Positions 17,596 to 28,240 of a DNA stretch of 35,069 nucleotides are shown here, one piece after another (within the stretch, counting starts at the first letter, position 1; each line of letters begins with the position of its first letter). The position numbers and the translations under genes are program-made. Source of the stretch: Promethearchaeota archaeon (GTDB lineage: Archaea > Asgardarchaeota > Lokiarchaeia > Sigyniarchaeales > SOKP01); NCBI GenBank assembly GCA_048941015.1, contig JBHLNZ010000031.1, positions 1-35,069 of the forward strand, written 5' to 3'. Under the pieces are notes generated by a model. That model saw nothing but the letters and a program-made list of their open reading frames with translations, had not been told where the DNA came from and ran no database searches.

Positions 17596-20520
17596 TTAAT
17601 TATTTAATTTTTCTTTTAATTCAATGATTCTTTTCATAGCTTCAACTGGAGTTAAAGAGTCAAGATCTATCCCTTTTAATATATCTACTAATTCTTTAAC
17701 ACTATCATCATATACTTTTTCTTTAATTATCGAAGGTTTGAAAAATGTAGTTTGAACCTGTTTCTTTTTACTTTTTTTAACTTCTTTGTGTACTCTGACG
17801 TCTTGTTCATAAGTTTGTGTAATTTGTGCTTTCAACTTTTCAATTTCAAAAGCTTTTTTTCCAAGTTCTTTTTCTCTTTCAATAATTTCTTCTTCACATC
17901 TATTTAATTCCCGATGTTTGCTTTCTAATTCTAGATTTACCTTTTCTAATTCTCGAATCTTTTCATTAATTATTTTGTCATAAAATTTTCCCGAAGTCTT
18001 CTCTTCTCCATTTTTTTTAACTGTTGCTTTAAAAGGGTCCTTCTCTTCGATTTGCTCTAATATCTCAAAAGCTCTGATGATGACATCATCAGGAATTCCA
18101 GCTAATTTTGCAACATGAATCCCATACGACTTATCAGTACTTCCAGATCGCAATTTTCTAACGAAATTAATAGAGCCATCTTCATTTTCTATTATATCAA
18201 GATGATAATTTTTAACTCTCGGTAAAATGATCTCTGTAAGTTGGTGATAATGAGTACTAAATAGTGTTTTTGCTTTTAAATCATGTAGCTTCTCTAATGT
18301 TGCCATTGCTATACTTTGACCATCACTAGTACTAGTTCCTCTACCAAGCTCATCTATGATTATTAAACTTTTGGGGGTTGCATAATTGAGAATCTTTGCT
18401 GTCTCTGTCATTTCAATCATAAATGTACTTAACCTTCTTGCTAAATCGTCAGATGCACCTATCCGAGTAAAAATGTTATCGATTAATCCAAGTGTGGCTG
18501 CTTTTGCAGGAACAAAACAACCTGTTTGTGCAATGATACAAATTAATGCCACTTGCCTCAAGTAAGTGCTCTTACCAGCCATATTCGGACCCGTTATTAT
18601 TAAAATTTGCTCATTTTCAGTATCCATTTCACAATCGTTAGGTATAAACTTATCAGATAAATTAATTCTTTCTACCACTGGATGACGACCATCTTTAATT
18701 ATTATTTTATTGCCATCATTCATCACTGGTCGGCAATAATTATATAATTCCGAAATCTCGGCGAAATTAGCTAAAACATCTATGTAAGCTAAAAATTTGG
18801 CAGTTTCTAAAATATTTGAAGTTTCTTTTCCTACTTTTTCCCTTACAGCACAAAAAACTTCATATTCTAGATCATTGATGTTCTCTTCTGCTTCAACAAT
18901 TTTTTCTTCCAATCTTTTTAATTCCTTAGTAGTGTATCTTTTAGCATTTTTAAGTGTCTGTCTTTCAATATAATCATCTGGAATATTTGGAATATATTTT
19001 AATGTATTCATGGTGATTTGAATATAATATCCAAGAATGTTGTTATGACCGACTTTTAAACCAGAATTTAATTTCCATCTATTTCTTTGTTCTTTTTCAT
19101 ATTCAAGAACATAAGTTTTACCATTATGAAGGATATCTCTTAATTCATCTATTTTTTCGTTAAACCCATTCTTAATTAAATTACCTTCTCTAATAGTTAT
19201 CGGGGGATCTTCTATAATAGAAGAATCTATTAAACTTCTGATTTCTATAAAATCATAAATTCTTTCTAAGAACTCACATATTTCTGGGATATCAGATTTT
19301 TCAAGAATCAATTTGATTTTAGGTATTTTTTCTAAAGAATTTTTTATATTTATTAAATCGCGGGCATTACAACTTCTTGAATAATTAATACGATTTATGA
19401 ACCTCTCAAGGTCGCCTAAAATTTTTAACTCTTCTCTTAAATCAGATCTAAGAAATACATCATCTTTGAGTTTCTGAACAATGTTCAACCTTTGGTTTAT
19501 TTCATCTAAATCTAATAATGGCTGTAGAATAATTTTCTTTAATAATCTCGCACCCATTGGGGTGTGTGTCTTATTAAAAATTGAATATAGTGTAGCTTCT
19601 TTACCTTTTTCCCAAAGAGAGGATACTAACTCTAAATTTCTCTGAGTAATATAATCCAAATGCAAAATTTTTTCTTCTTGAATAAGATTTATTTTAAAAA
19701 TATTTGGAATTATGTCTCTTTGAGTCTCCTTTAAAAAAGCTAATAAACCACCAGCAGCCTGAACTGCTAATTCAGTATCTTCTAAACCAAAACTTCTTAA
19801 GCTAGAGATACTAAAATGGCGTTTAATAAGATTAGAAGCTTCTTCATAACTAAAACTAGTATCTTCATAAGGCTTGATAAGTGCATCATTTAAGTCAGTA
19901 AGCAATAGGAAAAGGCGTTCCTCTTTCTTAAGTTCTGATGGGATAATTACTTCAACAGGATCATACTGTGAGAACATACTAAGTATACTCTCTAATGGAT
20001 CTCGCTCGCTACTGGAAAATTCAGTTGTTACAAATTCTCCCGTTGATAGATCAGCGAATGAGATACCATAACCTTTTCTTTCCTTAATTATAGAACAAAT
20101 ATAATTATTTTGATTCGATTTGAGCATATCCGATTCGATTATGGTACCTGGAGAGAGAATTCTTACTACTCCCCTTTTAACAATCCTCCCTTTAACTGTT
20201 GATGGATCTTCTAATTGGTCGACTAAAACAACTGTTTGCCCCATATTAACTAGATTTTTTAAATAACTTCCTGCGTGATGCGGTATCCCTGCTAGAGGAT
20301 ATGAATCACTTCCCACTTTTCTTTTAGTTAGAGTTATACCTAAAAGTTTTGATACTCGGACTGCATCATCATAAAAAAATTCATAAAAATCTCCCATCCT
20401 ATAAGCTAATATATGATCAGGGTATTTTTCTTTATATTTTTTCTTGACGCTGAACCAATGTTTCATCATGGGGGTTAGATCTTTTAGATTAAGGTCATCA
20501 ACAGTCATGATATCACTCAC
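17596..20520 (-). CDS. mutS: DNA mismatch repair protein MutS (MutS1)
   Basis: Motifs TPMM, the mismatch-binding GDFYEFF, Walker A TGPNMAGKST, STFMIEM, DELGRGT, SYGIHVA and C-terminal LDSLTPVEA. Confidence 0.97.
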   Translation of the reverse strand: MSDIMTVDDLNLKDLTPMMKHWFSVKKKYKEKYPDHILAYRMGDFYEFFYDDAVRVSKLLGITLTKRKVGSDSYPLAGIPHHAGSYLKNLVNMGQTVVLVDQLEDPSTVKGRIVKRGVVRILSPGTIIESDMLKSNQNNYICSIIKERKGYGISFADLSTGEFVTTEFSSSERDPLESILSMFSQYDPVEVIIPSELKKEERLFLLLTDLNDALIKPYEDTSFSYEEASNLIKRHFSISSLRSFGLEDTELAVQAAGGLLAFLKETQRDIIPNIFKINLIQEEKILHLDYITQRNLELVSSLWEKGKEATLYSIFNKTHTPMGARLLKKIILQPLLDLDEINQRLNIVQKLKDDVFLRSDLREELKILGDLERFINRINYSRSCNARDLINIKNSLEKIPKIKLILEKSDIPEICEFLERIYDFIEIRSLIDSSIIEDPPITIREGNLIKNGFNEKIDELRDILHNGKTYVLEYEKEQRNRWKLNSGLKVGHNNILGYYIQITMNTLKYIPNIPDDYIERQTLKNAKRYTTKELKRLEEKIVEAEENINDLEYEVFCAVREKVGKETSNILETAKFLAYIDVLANFAEISELYNYCRPVMNDGNKIIIKDGRHPVVERINLSDKFIPNDCEMDTENEQILIITGPNMAGKSTYLRQVALICIIAQTGCFVPAKAATLGLIDNIFTRIGASDDLARRLSTFMIEMTETAKILNYATPKSLIIIDELGRGTSTSDGQSIAMATLEKLHDLKAKTLFSTHYHQLTEIILPRVKNYHLDIIENEDGSINFVRKLRSGSTDKSYGIHVAKLAGIPDDVIIRAFEILEQIEEKDPFKATVKKNGEEKTSGKFYDKIINEKIRELEKVNLELESKHRELNRCEEEIIEREKELGKKAFEIEKLKAQITQTYEQDVRVHKEVKKSKKKQVQTTFFKPSIIKEKVYDDSVKELVDILKGIDLDSLTPVEAMKRIIELKEKLNN

Positions 20521-20627
20521 TATTTGTAAAAATTCAACTCTCAGAAATAAATATTACAAGTCTATTAGTTTTCAATAGAAATAAATATGATTTATTATAG
20601 TTTTAATAACAGAAATATCTTTTTTAA

Positions 20628-21470
20628 TTACAAGTGTTTTTCTAGCCATATATATAAATCTTGAAAAACTTGAGCTCTTCCCTTTTCGTTCCACAAATCA
20701 TGAAGGAATCCGTCATACTCTTTATATGTCTTATCTTGACTCTTGACATTATTAAAGAAATTTCTATTTTTCTCTTTATCAACTAGTTTATCATTCCCAG
20801 CTTGTTGAATTAATAAGGGACATGTTAAATTTGAAACATTATCAATAGCCCATTTCATAGCATTGTTGATTTCTGCTAAAGTTTTTACAGTTATAGTATC
20901 CAATTTATTTTTATCTGCAATTTGCTTCCTTAAGATTTTAAGATCGCTTGTTAATTGCTTTTGATCGATGCTGATTTTTATCAATTTGTTCGGAGCTAAT
21001 TTTGCAATTGAAGCCGCTAATTTCTTTGCAACCTTTTTATCTACCATTGATTCCAAGAATAATCCTAACGAAGGAGATGAAACAGCAACACCTGGTAAAC
21101 CAGGATGATCAATTGCGTAAATTATACTAATTAAACCTCCTAATGAATGCCCCATTAAAAAAATTTTTTTATCTTCAGCAATTTTACGTATAAGATCAAT
21201 AAAAAGAATAATATCTTTTTGAATATGGTCCATACTATCTATATTTCCTGGAAATCCTCCAGCATTTCTTCTGTGTCCTCTCAAATCAAAAGAATATACT
21301 GCATATCCATTTTCGGTTAGATATTCTGCAGGCATTTCAAATCTGTCTGAATCTGTAGCTAAATCATGAATCGCAACAATAAATGCCTTCACATTACTGT
21401 CGGGTAACCAACACTGATAAAAAAGATTTTTTAATTCTCTTCCCTCAAAGTTTCCAGATTGGCGTTTCAT
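20628..21470 (-). CDS. Alpha/beta hydrolase (lysophospholipase/monoacylglycerol lipase family)
   Basis: Nucleophile motif GHSLGG, FDLRGH, catalytic D in DKLV and H in YDGFLHD. Confidence 0.9.
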   Translation of the reverse strand: MKRQSGNFEGRELKNLFYQCWLPDSNVKAFIVAIHDLATDSDRFEMPAEYLTENGYAVYSFDLRGHRRNAGGFPGNIDSMDHIQKDIILFIDLIRKIAEDKKIFLMGHSLGGLISIIYAIDHPGLPGVAVSSPSLGLFLESMVDKKVAKKLAASIAKLAPNKLIKISIDQKQLTSDLKILRKQIADKNKLDTITVKTLAEINNAMKWAIDNVSNLTCPLLIQQAGNDKLVDKEKNRNFFNNVKSQDKTYKEYDGFLHDLWNEKGRAQVFQDLYIWLEKHL

Positions 21471-21644
21471 TTATTAATCACTTGAATCTAAAAATAGAAA
21501 ATATACGATTAAATAATATTAATTAGTTAAAATATTAAAATACTGCTTATAAATTATGAAATTAAATAAGTTTTAAATTATTAGATATACTTCTTACTTA
21601 GTAAAAATTATTTTTATCAAAATGCTGTTTTTAAAGGTTTTTAT

Positions 21645-22244
21645 ATGAGTGAACAGAACAAAAATGAGGAAATAATTAATATTGTTATCCATGGACGTGG
21701 TGGCCAGGGTGCTGTAACAGCATGTGAGATTATTGCTGAAGCAGCATATTTAAGTGGTAATTTTATAGACGTACATGCATACCCCTCATTCGGAGCTGAA
21801 AGGAGAGGCGCTCCAATTCAAGCATTTGCCAAATTATCTCGAAAAGAAAAAATCTGGGACCGAGCGCAGATTGAAAATCCAGATATATTAATTATTTTTG
21901 ATGAGACTGTTCTAACTATGGAAATAGCATCTACCCTTAAAGCTAATGGGATTTTTATCATAAATTCTGAAAAAGAACCTGAGTTTTTTGCAAAAGAATA
22001 CAACTTTAACGAAGATATAAAAATTATTGTTGCCGATATTAGTGATTTAGCTTTAAAAAAAGACTTAACTATAGATGGGAATCCGGTTATAAATACTCCG
22101 ATTCTCGGCTTACTTTCAAAAGCTTTGCCTGATTTAAAATTAGACAATTTAGAAAAAGCGGTATTAAATAAAATGGGTGATAAATTAGGCAAACTTAATG
22201 TTGAGCTAATTGATGAAGGATATAATTTAGCAAAGATTTTATAA
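21645..22244 (+). CDS. porC: Pyruvate/2-oxoacid:ferredoxin oxidoreductase gamma subunit
   Basis: Motifs HGRGGQGAVT, FGAERRGAP and INTPILG. Confidence 0.92.
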   Translation: MSEQNKNEEIINIVIHGRGGQGAVTACEIIAEAAYLSGNFIDVHAYPSFGAERRGAPIQAFAKLSRKEKIWDRAQIENPDILIIFDETVLTMEIASTLKANGIFIINSEKEPEFFAKEYNFNEDIKIIVADISDLALKKDLTIDGNPVINTPILGLLSKALPDLKLDNLEKAVLNKMGDKLGKLNVELIDEGYNLAKIL

Positions 22245-22254
22245 ATTAAACCAA

Positions 22255-24498
22255 TTATTCAATTGGTAATTTCACAACAAACTTGCTTCCTTTGTATCTT
22301 CCTTCTGATTCTGCTCTAATTTCTCCCTTATGTAAATCAATGATCTCTTTTGTTATATATAAACCTAAACCAGATCCTTGAATATCTAAAAATTCATAAC
22401 CCTCACCATATCTTTCAATTTTTCCGAATCTGGTAAATAAAACATCCATTTCTTCTTTAGTTAGACCTATTCCGTTGTCAATAACAGAAAATTCTGCCCA
22501 TTTCTTTGTTTTTTTTAAAATAATGTTAATTTCACTCTCCGGGGGAGAATTTTTAATCGCATTGGATAATAAATTAAGAATCACTTGCTCAATTCTAATT
22601 CTATCAATATATATGGTTAAAGCCTCAGGAAGCTCAAGTATAATATTAACTTTTCTTGATTTAACTAAATATATCATCTCTTTTGCACTTTTTCTTATAA
22701 TTTCACTTAAATCCTCCGGTTTTTTATTTAATTGGAGTCTATCATATTCAATTCTCGTAATATCAATTAGATTATCTACTAAATATCTTAGTCTTTTTCC
22801 TCCTTTTTCAATTAATTGTATAATCTCTAGCATTTCTTGATTAAATTTATCTTTAAATAACGTTAAAAGAAGTTCTGCCCCTCCACTTACAGAAACCAGT
22901 GGTGTTTTGAGTTCATGGGATACTCGAGATATAAGATTCTTCCTTATAGTATCTAACTCTTTTAACTTTCTTATCTCTTCAGTAACGAGAAAATCTGCTT
23001 CTTTTCTCTGGGTAATGTCAGTAAATATTGCTTGTACATATACATTATCATCTATTCTAATTAAGGAAGCTTGTAAATTAGTCCAAATCAGACTTTCATT
23101 TTTCTTATATACTTGAACATCCACTCGATGAACTTTTTCTCCCTTTACGAACTTTTTGAATAAATTAAGTATTGTTGGTAAACTATTTGGATGTATAATA
23201 TTAAGATCTCTAAAATTGTTCCCGATCAATTCTTCTCTACTATATCCTATAATATTCTCTGTTGTTGGATTACAATCAATAATAATTCCTTTGGAGTCTA
23301 ATATAACAATTGCAAATGGAGTATTTTCAAACAATCCACGGAATTTTTGTTCCGATTCCTTTAATTTTTTTTCTAAATTTATGTTCTCAGTTACATCTAT
23401 AAATGTTCCATCAATTCTTATTGGCCAACCCTCTTCGTTTCTTATCAAATGTGAATTTAATTCGACGACAACTTTTTCACCCTTTTTGGTAAGAGCATTA
23501 CAGATATAATTTCGTGCTACCCCTTCCTTAACGATAAGATTTAGATATTCATTTCTATCTTCAGGTACTTGCCAAAAATCCGTAACATTTTTTCCTCTCA
23601 AATCTTCCGAAGGATCGTATCCCAGTATTATATTATGAGCAGTATTATGATTTAGCATTTTGCCTTCTAATGTAACTTGATAAAATCCTACATCTAAATT
23701 TTCAATTAAATTTCGATATTTGATTTCAGATTCCTTTAAATTTTCCACTGCTATTTTCCTCTCTGTAATATCTTCTGTATTAACGATTACTAAGTCAGGT
23801 TCAACAGAGACATAATTTACAGAAAGAAATTTCTCTTGATCTGAAATTCTAAATCTATAACACATCTCTCGTGTTATATGGAGTTTTTCATCAATACAAC
23901 GATTAAGATCTTCTAAAATATCAGGTCGATCTCGATATAATTCGGATGCTTTAATTCCTATATAATTTTTTACATTTCCATTAGTTATTTTCTCCGCAGC
24001 ATTATTGAAATCAACTAATATAAAGTTTTTATCAACCTTTTTCCATGTATAGGTAGGTATAGGACCCTCTTTATAAATTACTTTAAACATCTCTCCAGAA
24101 TCTTTAACTTTCTGACCTGCTTTCTTCCTCTCGGTTATATTAACTCCAATTCCTAAAATTGCATAAATTTTTCCTTCTTTTTCTAAAGGAATACCATAGG
24201 TTTCTATATAAATATAATTACCATCTTTTGCCTTGATTTTATATTCACTACGCTTAGATTGTTTACCTTTAGTATAAATCTCTTTTGTAACTTCAAATGC
24301 TTTTTTTAAATTGTCTTCATCAACTAAATCCATAAAGGAAATTTGAGGTATTTCCTCTCTCTCATATCCTAAGGTTAATAATGTTATATCATTAGCGTCC
24401 AAGAAATTCCCTTTTAAGTCATTTACATAAATTAAATCTAAAGAATGTTCGAAAAGATCGTGGAACCTTTCTCGTATCTCTTCTTTATTATACTCCAT
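22255..24498 (-). CDS. Cytoplasmic multi-PAS (about 4 PAS) sensor histidine kinase
   Basis: The protein is read from the minus strand: CAT at 24496-24498 gives ATG GAG TAT, and TTA lies at 22255, so the + label in the track is wrong. It has PAS repeats ending (D/N)IT(E/Q)RK, H-box SHELKTPL, NLLSNAIK, DNGIG and GSGLGL. Confidence 0.95.
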   Translation of the reverse strand: MEYNKEEIRERFHDLFEHSLDLIYVNDLKGNFLDANDITLLTLGYEREEIPQISFMDLVDEDNLKKAFEVTKEIYTKGKQSKRSEYKIKAKDGNYIYIETYGIPLEKEGKIYAILGIGVNITERKKAGQKVKDSGEMFKVIYKEGPIPTYTWKKVDKNFILVDFNNAAEKITNGNVKNYIGIKASELYRDRPDILEDLNRCIDEKLHITREMCYRFRISDQEKFLSVNYVSVEPDLVIVNTEDITERKIAVENLKESEIKYRNLIENLDVGFYQVTLEGKMLNHNTAHNIILGYDPSEDLRGKNVTDFWQVPEDRNEYLNLIVKEGVARNYICNALTKKGEKVVVELNSHLIRNEEGWPIRIDGTFIDVTENINLEKKLKESEQKFRGLFENTPFAIVILDSKGIIIDCNPTTENIIGYSREELIGNNFRDLNIIHPNSLPTILNLFKKFVKGEKVHRVDVQVYKKNESLIWTNLQASLIRIDDNVYVQAIFTDITQRKEADFLVTEEIRKLKELDTIRKNLISRVSHELKTPLVSVSGGAELLLTLFKDKFNQEMLEIIQLIEKGGKRLRYLVDNLIDITRIEYDRLQLNKKPEDLSEIIRKSAKEMIYLVKSRKVNIILELPEALTIYIDRIRIEQVILNLLSNAIKNSPPESEINIILKKTKKWAEFSVIDNGIGLTKEEMDVLFTRFGKIERYGEGYEFLDIQGSGLGLYITKEIIDLHKGEIRAESEGRYKGSKFVVKLPIE

Positions 24499-24772
24499 AA
24501 TATTAACTCCAAATATCCTCTTTAGTCTAAAACTAATACCTTTCTAAAAAAATTATGAAACTCTTCAATATTTATTTCTTTCTTAAAGGAAAATCAAAAA
24601 TTTATGAAAATAAATATAAATATGCAAGATTGGAACATTAAAAAATTCTAAAAGAATTACAACTTTTAATGTCTATTTTCCTTAAATCCTTATGTAAATT
24701 AATAGCAACAGTTTTATGTCAAAGGTTCTTAATTTTTATATTAACTCGTAATCATTGGTTTATGTGAAAACT

Positions 24773-25072
24773 ATGACAGATACTAAAAAAGATTATCAAA
24801 AAATTCTGGGATCAGTCCAAAAACCAGTTAAAGGAGAAGCCGGAAAAACTGGTACATGGAGCTCAAAAAAACCTATAATTGATTTAAGTAAATGTATACC
24901 TGCTAAATCTGGGAAACCTAGTTGTTTTAATTGTTGGCTCTACTGTCCTGAGGCTGTTGTATCACGTACCATACCCCCAGAAATTGATTATGATTATTGT
25001 AAGGGCTGTGGAATTTGTATGGAAGAGTGTCCTGTCAGAGCAATTACTATGGTAGAGGTAAAAACAGAATGA
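24773..25072 (+). CDS. porD: Pyruvate/2-oxoacid:ferredoxin oxidoreductase delta subunit (2x[4Fe-4S])
   Basis: Motifs KTGTW...KP, CWLYCPE and DYDYCKGCGICMEECP. Its stop overlaps the porA start (ATGA). Confidence 0.92.
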   Translation: MTDTKKDYQKILGSVQKPVKGEAGKTGTWSSKKPIIDLSKCIPAKSGKPSCFNCWLYCPEAVVSRTIPPEIDYDYCKGCGICMEECPVRAITMVEVKTE

Positions 25073-26367
25073 CAGTTTCAGAAACTAATCAAGAAAAAGT
25101 AAATAAAAAGACCAAAATTTTAACAGGAAATCATGCTGCTGCATGGGCTTTTAGACATGCCAGAGTTGGAGTTGTATCCGCATATCCTATAACTCCACAG
25201 AGTCCAGTTGTCGAAAAAGTAGCTGAATTTATAGCTAAAGGAAAGTTAAACGCAAGATTTGTAAAAGTTGAGTCCGAACACTCTGCATTAGCTGTTTGTT
25301 GCGCAGCCTCTGCAACAGGATCAAGAGTAGGGACTGCTACTGCCTCTCATGGATTAATGTTAATGTATGAAATGCTCCCTTGGGCTTCAGGAAACAGATT
25401 ACCTATTGTAATTAATTTAGCTACGCGTTCTCTTGGAGCTCCATGGTCTGTTTGGACAGATCATTCCGATTTTATTACAATAAGGGATGTAGGTTGGATT
25501 CAGCTAATGTGTGAAACAAATCAAGAAATTTATGATACAAATATTCAAGCTTTTAAAATTGCTGAGGATGAAAGAGCATTTCTGCCGACAATAGTGGGAT
25601 ATGATGGTTATATTTTATCTCATACTATGATGCCTGTTATATTAGAAAATGAAAAAGAAATTGATGAGTTTTTACCTCCGCTAAAACATCATATAAACCT
25701 TTCTAATGTTTCAGTGGTAAAAGGTGTTGATCCCGTAACAACCCCTCACTTAATAGATAGAGGAAAAGAAGGAATCGTTCCAGGATATTATGAATACAGA
25801 TATTCTTTGCAAAAAGCACTAGAAAATTCAATAAATCTAATTAAAGAAGTTCATGACCAATATGCTGAGAAGTTTGGAAGATCCTATGGTAATGGTATTT
25901 TTAAAGCCATAGAAACTAAAGATGCTGACATAATTATTTATGCTATGGGATCAGTTGCTTCTCAAGCGAGAGTAGCGATCAAAAACCTTAGAAAAGATGG
26001 AATTAAAGTAGGTTTAGTAAGCTTAAAAACATTTCGGCCTTATCCAGCGGCAATATTAAGAGATTTCTTCCAAGATCATCGATTAATTGTAGTTTTTGAT
26101 CGAGAAATTGGTTATGGCTATGAAGGAGTATTATGTTATGAATTAAAATCGGCTCTTTATAGATTAAAAAATTCTCCATTTATTAAAGGATTTATTGTGG
26201 GACTCGGTGGGAGAGATGTTACAAATCAGCATATAATAGATGGAGTTAAGAAAGCTATAGAACAAGAGAAAACTGGTGAGATTTCTCAAAATACGGAATT
26301 CTTAGGTTTGAGATTAAATGAGTTGGAAAATTATGATGAACATAAGTACTTTAAGGAGGATGATTAA
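25069..26367 (+). CDS. porA: Pyruvate/2-oxoacid:ferredoxin oxidoreductase alpha subunit
   Basis: Motifs GNHAAA, YPITPQS, VESEHSA, TATASHGL, DGYILSH and GLGGRDV. The start is at the ATG at 25069, in the ATGA overlap. Confidence 0.93.
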   Translation: MTVSETNQEKVNKKTKILTGNHAAAWAFRHARVGVVSAYPITPQSPVVEKVAEFIAKGKLNARFVKVESEHSALAVCCAASATGSRVGTATASHGLMLMYEMLPWASGNRLPIVINLATRSLGAPWSVWTDHSDFITIRDVGWIQLMCETNQEIYDTNIQAFKIAEDERAFLPTIVGYDGYILSHTMMPVILENEKEIDEFLPPLKHHINLSNVSVVKGVDPVTTPHLIDRGKEGIVPGYYEYRYSLQKALENSINLIKEVHDQYAEKFGRSYGNGIFKAIETKDADIIIYAMGSVASQARVAIKNLRKDGIKVGLVSLKTFRPYPAAILRDFFQDHRLIVVFDREIGYGYEGVLCYELKSALYRLKNSPFIKGFIVGLGGRDVTNQHIIDGVKKAIEQEKTGEISQNTEFLGLRLNELENYDEHKYFKEDD

Positions 26368-26369
26368 GA

Positions 26370-27266
<897 letters not shown>

Positions 27267-27383
27267 TTTCCTCTCAAAAAATCTTAAAAAAATATCCTTA
27301 TCTTATTTTTAACTGTTTAAACACATCTAAAAACAAACAGAAAATATTAAAAATTACTCTAATTTAAAATTAAATGAAGATTA

Positions 27384-28166
27384 ATGATTAGAACTTATAT
27401 TTTTGATGATATAAGGAATAACTGGATAGAGGAAAATGAAAATTTATTACTTTATGACATATGTGCATTTTTAGATGAAGAAAATGAAAAGATTTATTTA
27501 TGGAAAGGATCAAAAACTAGAAAAGATAAATTTCAGAGAAGTTATAAATCAATTTCAAAAATTGTATCAGATACTAATAAGAATTTTCAAATTATAACAT
27601 TAAAAGAAAATCTACCCGATTTTGTTAAAAAAAGAGTAGAAAGCATGCTGGAAAATGCAATCAGAGAAGAGCAGTTCGAGAAGTATAAATTTTCAAAATT
27701 TACTACAATTAGATTATATTTTCTTTTTTTATTAATTGCAATAATACTTCCGCTAATTTCTATCATAAATTTAAGCTCTTTCTTATTTTGGGATATAAAT
27801 GGTGATAATTTCGTTATCGCAGCAAAAAATTATCGAAGTTGGCTTAACATATCTTACATCTTAATGGTAATTACTTTAATATTGTTTATTTTTTGCTTAA
27901 TCATCGGAATTTATGAAAGTGAAGATCAAGTCATTATTTTTTCGATAATTGGATTAATAGTTTGTATTGGTATAGTTATATATTTACAAGAAGGCATTTT
28001 CTTATTCTTATTTCAAGAAGGATTTACATCTTCAATTTATTTGGTTAAAAAAGTAGATCTAATAATATTTCTCATCCTCAATATAATTGGTGTAACCATT
28101 CTTGAAGCGCCTAATTTTTTAAAAATATTGTTTTTCATCAAAACTTATAGGAAATATCTTTTTTAA
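27384..28166 (+). CDS. Membrane protein with an N-terminal gelsolin-like domain and four TM helices
   Basis: The N-terminal ~90 aa carry LL..DICAFLDEENEKIYLWKGSKT followed by a long helix, matching the gelsolin-repeat pattern. The C-terminal half has four hydrophobic segments. Confidence 0.65.
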   Translation: MIRTYIFDDIRNNWIEENENLLLYDICAFLDEENEKIYLWKGSKTRKDKFQRSYKSISKIVSDTNKNFQIITLKENLPDFVKKRVESMLENAIREEQFEKYKFSKFTTIRLYFLFLLIAIILPLISIINLSSFLFWDINGDNFVIAAKNYRSWLNISYILMVITLILFIFCLIIGIYESEDQVIIFSIIGLIVCIGIVIYLQEGIFLFLFQEGFTSSIYLVKKVDLIIFLILNIIGVTILEAPNFLKILFFIKTYRKYLF

Positions 28167-28240
28167 TATATTAAATCTATTAATAATTATATTTCCAATT
28201 CAAAAGTATTAAATTTCATAAATCAATTCGTATTAGGATA

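Noticed and set aside
22255-24498. ORF track lists the 747-aa kinase on the + strand
   Set aside because: The translation matches the reverse complement (start CAT at 24496-24498, stop TTA at 22255-22257), so it is annotated as minus.
24555-24641. 28-codon ORF in the kinase-porD intergenic region
   Set aside because: It is short and AT-rich, with no SD or motif, so it is likely chance.
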